A stretch of DNA of 64,000 nucleotides, taken from NCBI GenBank assembly GCA_016187745.1, contig JACPJC010000005.1, forward strand, positions 1 through 64,000, written 5' to 3'. Positions 62,422 through 64,000 of this stretch are shown piece after piece; position 1 is the stretch's first letter; each line of letters opens with the position of its first letter. Position numbers and translations under genes: made by a program. This DNA comes from Candidatus Iainarchaeum sp. Its GTDB lineage: Archaea; Iainarchaeota; Iainarchaeia; Iainarchaeales; JAXPJC01. The notes under the pieces are model-generated. The model did not search any database, was not told where the DNA came from, and was given only the letters and a program-made list of their open reading frames with translations.

Positions 62422-64000
62422 TCACATTGCAACGCACTCCGCATTGCCGGCAAGGAGCTTTTGCACATCACTAATGCTGCCTGCGGCGCAGGGCATTGAA
62501 TAATATTTCCTAACTATGAAATCGCTCTTCATGAACTGCCCCGTGGATTCCGTTTCGGAAGCCCTGTAGCTGAATTTCCTTGAATTTTCATATGCAAACC
62601 TTTCCCCTGCCTCATCATCCGAAGCAGGCGCAATAATCCATTCCGCCCCCAGCGATTTTCTTATTGCATCCATTGTGCGCTCAGCAAATTTCATTGTTTC
62701 CTTTGCATTTTCCCCGGAAAATGCCGCCGCAGCGCCAAACAGCGAATCAATGCAGAGCATCGGCGCAAATGAATCCAGCCCGATGCCCCTTTCTTTCAAG
62801 TATGCGCGCTGCCCCAATTGCAGAAGCTTTATTTCCGCAATCTTCTTCGCGGAATTAATGCATTTTTCCAGCTGCCCGAAGAAATCCGCGTCATTCCCCC
62901 TTGCGGACAGCGCAATGCCCGTAAGGTTCGCATTTACGCAGGAAAGGATTCCGTTCCTGAATTTCGAATAGAAGCCCTGCGCAAGCGGTCTGAGATTGTT
63001 GCTCTTGCAGTTTAGCACGTATGCGCCCCTGCGCAGCGCAGCGCCTTTAAGCAGCTTCAGCTCCGCCGGCGAATCAACCGCTATCTTGAATGTGAATTTT
63101 CCATCATATCCCGCGCTTCCCAGAAGAAGCGCGTTTGCAAATTCTATTGCCGCTGACTTCCCATCCTTCCTTACCTGCATGCCCTCGGGCGCAAAAAGAC
63201 TTATCCCTATCGTGCATTTTCCATTAAATGCGCCGAATGCCCTGAAAAAAAGACTGGAAGTTTCCGCAATCTTCCTATTTCCCGCATTCACAAGGTGCTT
63301 TGAAATTGCCATGTTAAGCGCCTCAACTGAAATCGGGAGGGAAAAAAATTCCCGGATTTCCGCAATCCTTTCCCCAAGCCCGAAAATGAAATCCTCCGCG
63401 CTTGCAGCCTCCTTAATCTCATTCGCAGGGATGCAGTACGCATAGGGCTTTGTTGGAAAATCCCCAAGCGCTGAAATGTGGATTTCGGCGGAAAAATGCC
63501 GCTCCCTTATCTCCTGCGGAATGAGCCTCTGCAGGGAATATCCCTTCAGCAGCTCGCAATTCCCGTAAAAGCCCTTTGAAATCTTTTCAGCGATGTCATA
63601 TGAGGGAAGGCCAATCCTTGCATACTGCCTGTAAATGTTCTCATAGCCGTATTCCAATAGCCTTGCATTCACAAGCTCGCGTATAAGCGCAGTATCCAAA
63701 TATGAAATTTTAAGGTCCTTGATTTTCCCCTCAACCTCATGGCCTATCCTCTCAGCTATTGCCCTCGGCAGGCTTGTTTCCTTCAGGAGCGACTTTATTA
63801 TGTTGCCCCTGTCAAAACCCTCAATCCTCTCCCCTGAAGTATGAACATGCATCCTGTGGAAGCTCGCATACACTTCCGCTGCCTCAGGGTTTATCCCGCG
63901 GAGCAGTGAAATTGCCTCTTTTCGCAGCTCTTCAATGTCAAGGGTTTCCCTCTCAGAAAGGGATTTTATTATTTTCACGACATCCCATTTTGAGGCGCCG
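62422..64000 (-). CDS. ATP-cone protein with a degenerate class III ribonucleotide reductase (NrdD)-like body; 5' end lies beyond the window
   Basis: FDRGNIIKSL...IRELVNARLLEYG cone, RIGLP, HFSAEIHI. No Gly-radical RxxGY loop or Zn site. The frame stays open to base 64000. Confidence 0.75.
   Translation of the reverse strand, partial: GASKWDVVKIIKSLSERETLDIEELRKEAISLLRGINPEAAEVYASFHRMHVHTSGERIEGFDRGNIIKSLLKETSLPRAIAERIGHEVEGKIKDLKISYLDTALIRELVNARLLEYGYENIYRQYARIGLPSYDIAEKISKGFYGNCELLKGYSLQRLIPQEIRERHFSAEIHISALGDFPTKPYAYCIPANEIKEAASAEDFIFGLGERIAEIREFFSLPISVEALNMAISKHLVNAGNRKIAETSSLFFRAFGAFNGKCTIGISLFAPEGMQVRKDGKSAAIEFANALLLGSAGYDGKFTFKIAVDSPAELKLLKGAALRRGAYVLNCKSNNLRPLAQGFYSKFRNGILSCVNANLTGIALSARGNDADFFGQLEKCINSAKKIAEIKLLQLGQRAYLKERGIGLDSFAPMLCIDSLFGAAAAFSGENAKETMKFAERTMDAIRKSLGAEWIIAPASDDEAGERFAYENSRKFSYRASETESTGQFMKSDFIVRKYYSMPCAAGSISDVQKLLAGNAECVAM

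Noticed and set aside
1-64000. CRISPR array, cas genes, rRNA, integrase/provirus, reverse transcriptase (DGR or retron)
   Set aside because: No regularly spaced repeat-spacer array and no recognisable motifs for these genes; the repeats found are dispersed single copies.

Overview
64 kb of a gene-dense archaeal chromosome. Gene content and style suggest a DPANN lineage such as Diapherotrites/Iainarchaeota or Micrarchaeota (inference). The backbone is housekeeping: srp54/ftsY with the conserved rps19e-PDCD5-rpl39e-rpl31e-eif6-rplX-pfdA cluster, dnaG, hjc, nurA/herA, rad50, rpoK, rps17e, EF-1beta, CCA enzyme, taw3, elp3, pelota, ABCE1, thrS, nreA, rfcS, a MiaB-family enzyme, a 1760-aa surface protein and four tRNA genes. 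No CRISPR array, rRNA or autonomous transposase was found. The unusual signals are: (1) three tRNAs carry long 37/38 introns (72-116 nt) built from two short dispersed repeat families that also occur intergenically and on both sides of the intron-less tRNA-Arg, with one intron copy carrying a nested inverted-repeat mini-element; (2) both tRNA-Gly genes are followed by exactly TTT-ATG of an orphan gene; (3) about 15 basic orphan ORFs (GNAT-, methyltransferase-, phosphatase- and HTH-like, two frameshifted) are wedged into conserved operons; (4) a promoter-carrying repeat brackets a convergent PIN/RHH toxin-antitoxin pair and precedes a catalytically dead PolB with a GINS-B-like insert; (5) a degenerate NrdD, a stand-alone CARF-like protein, an IS200/IS605-type miniature element and two candidate structured ncRNAs. 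All calls come from reading the sequence by eye; no searches were run.
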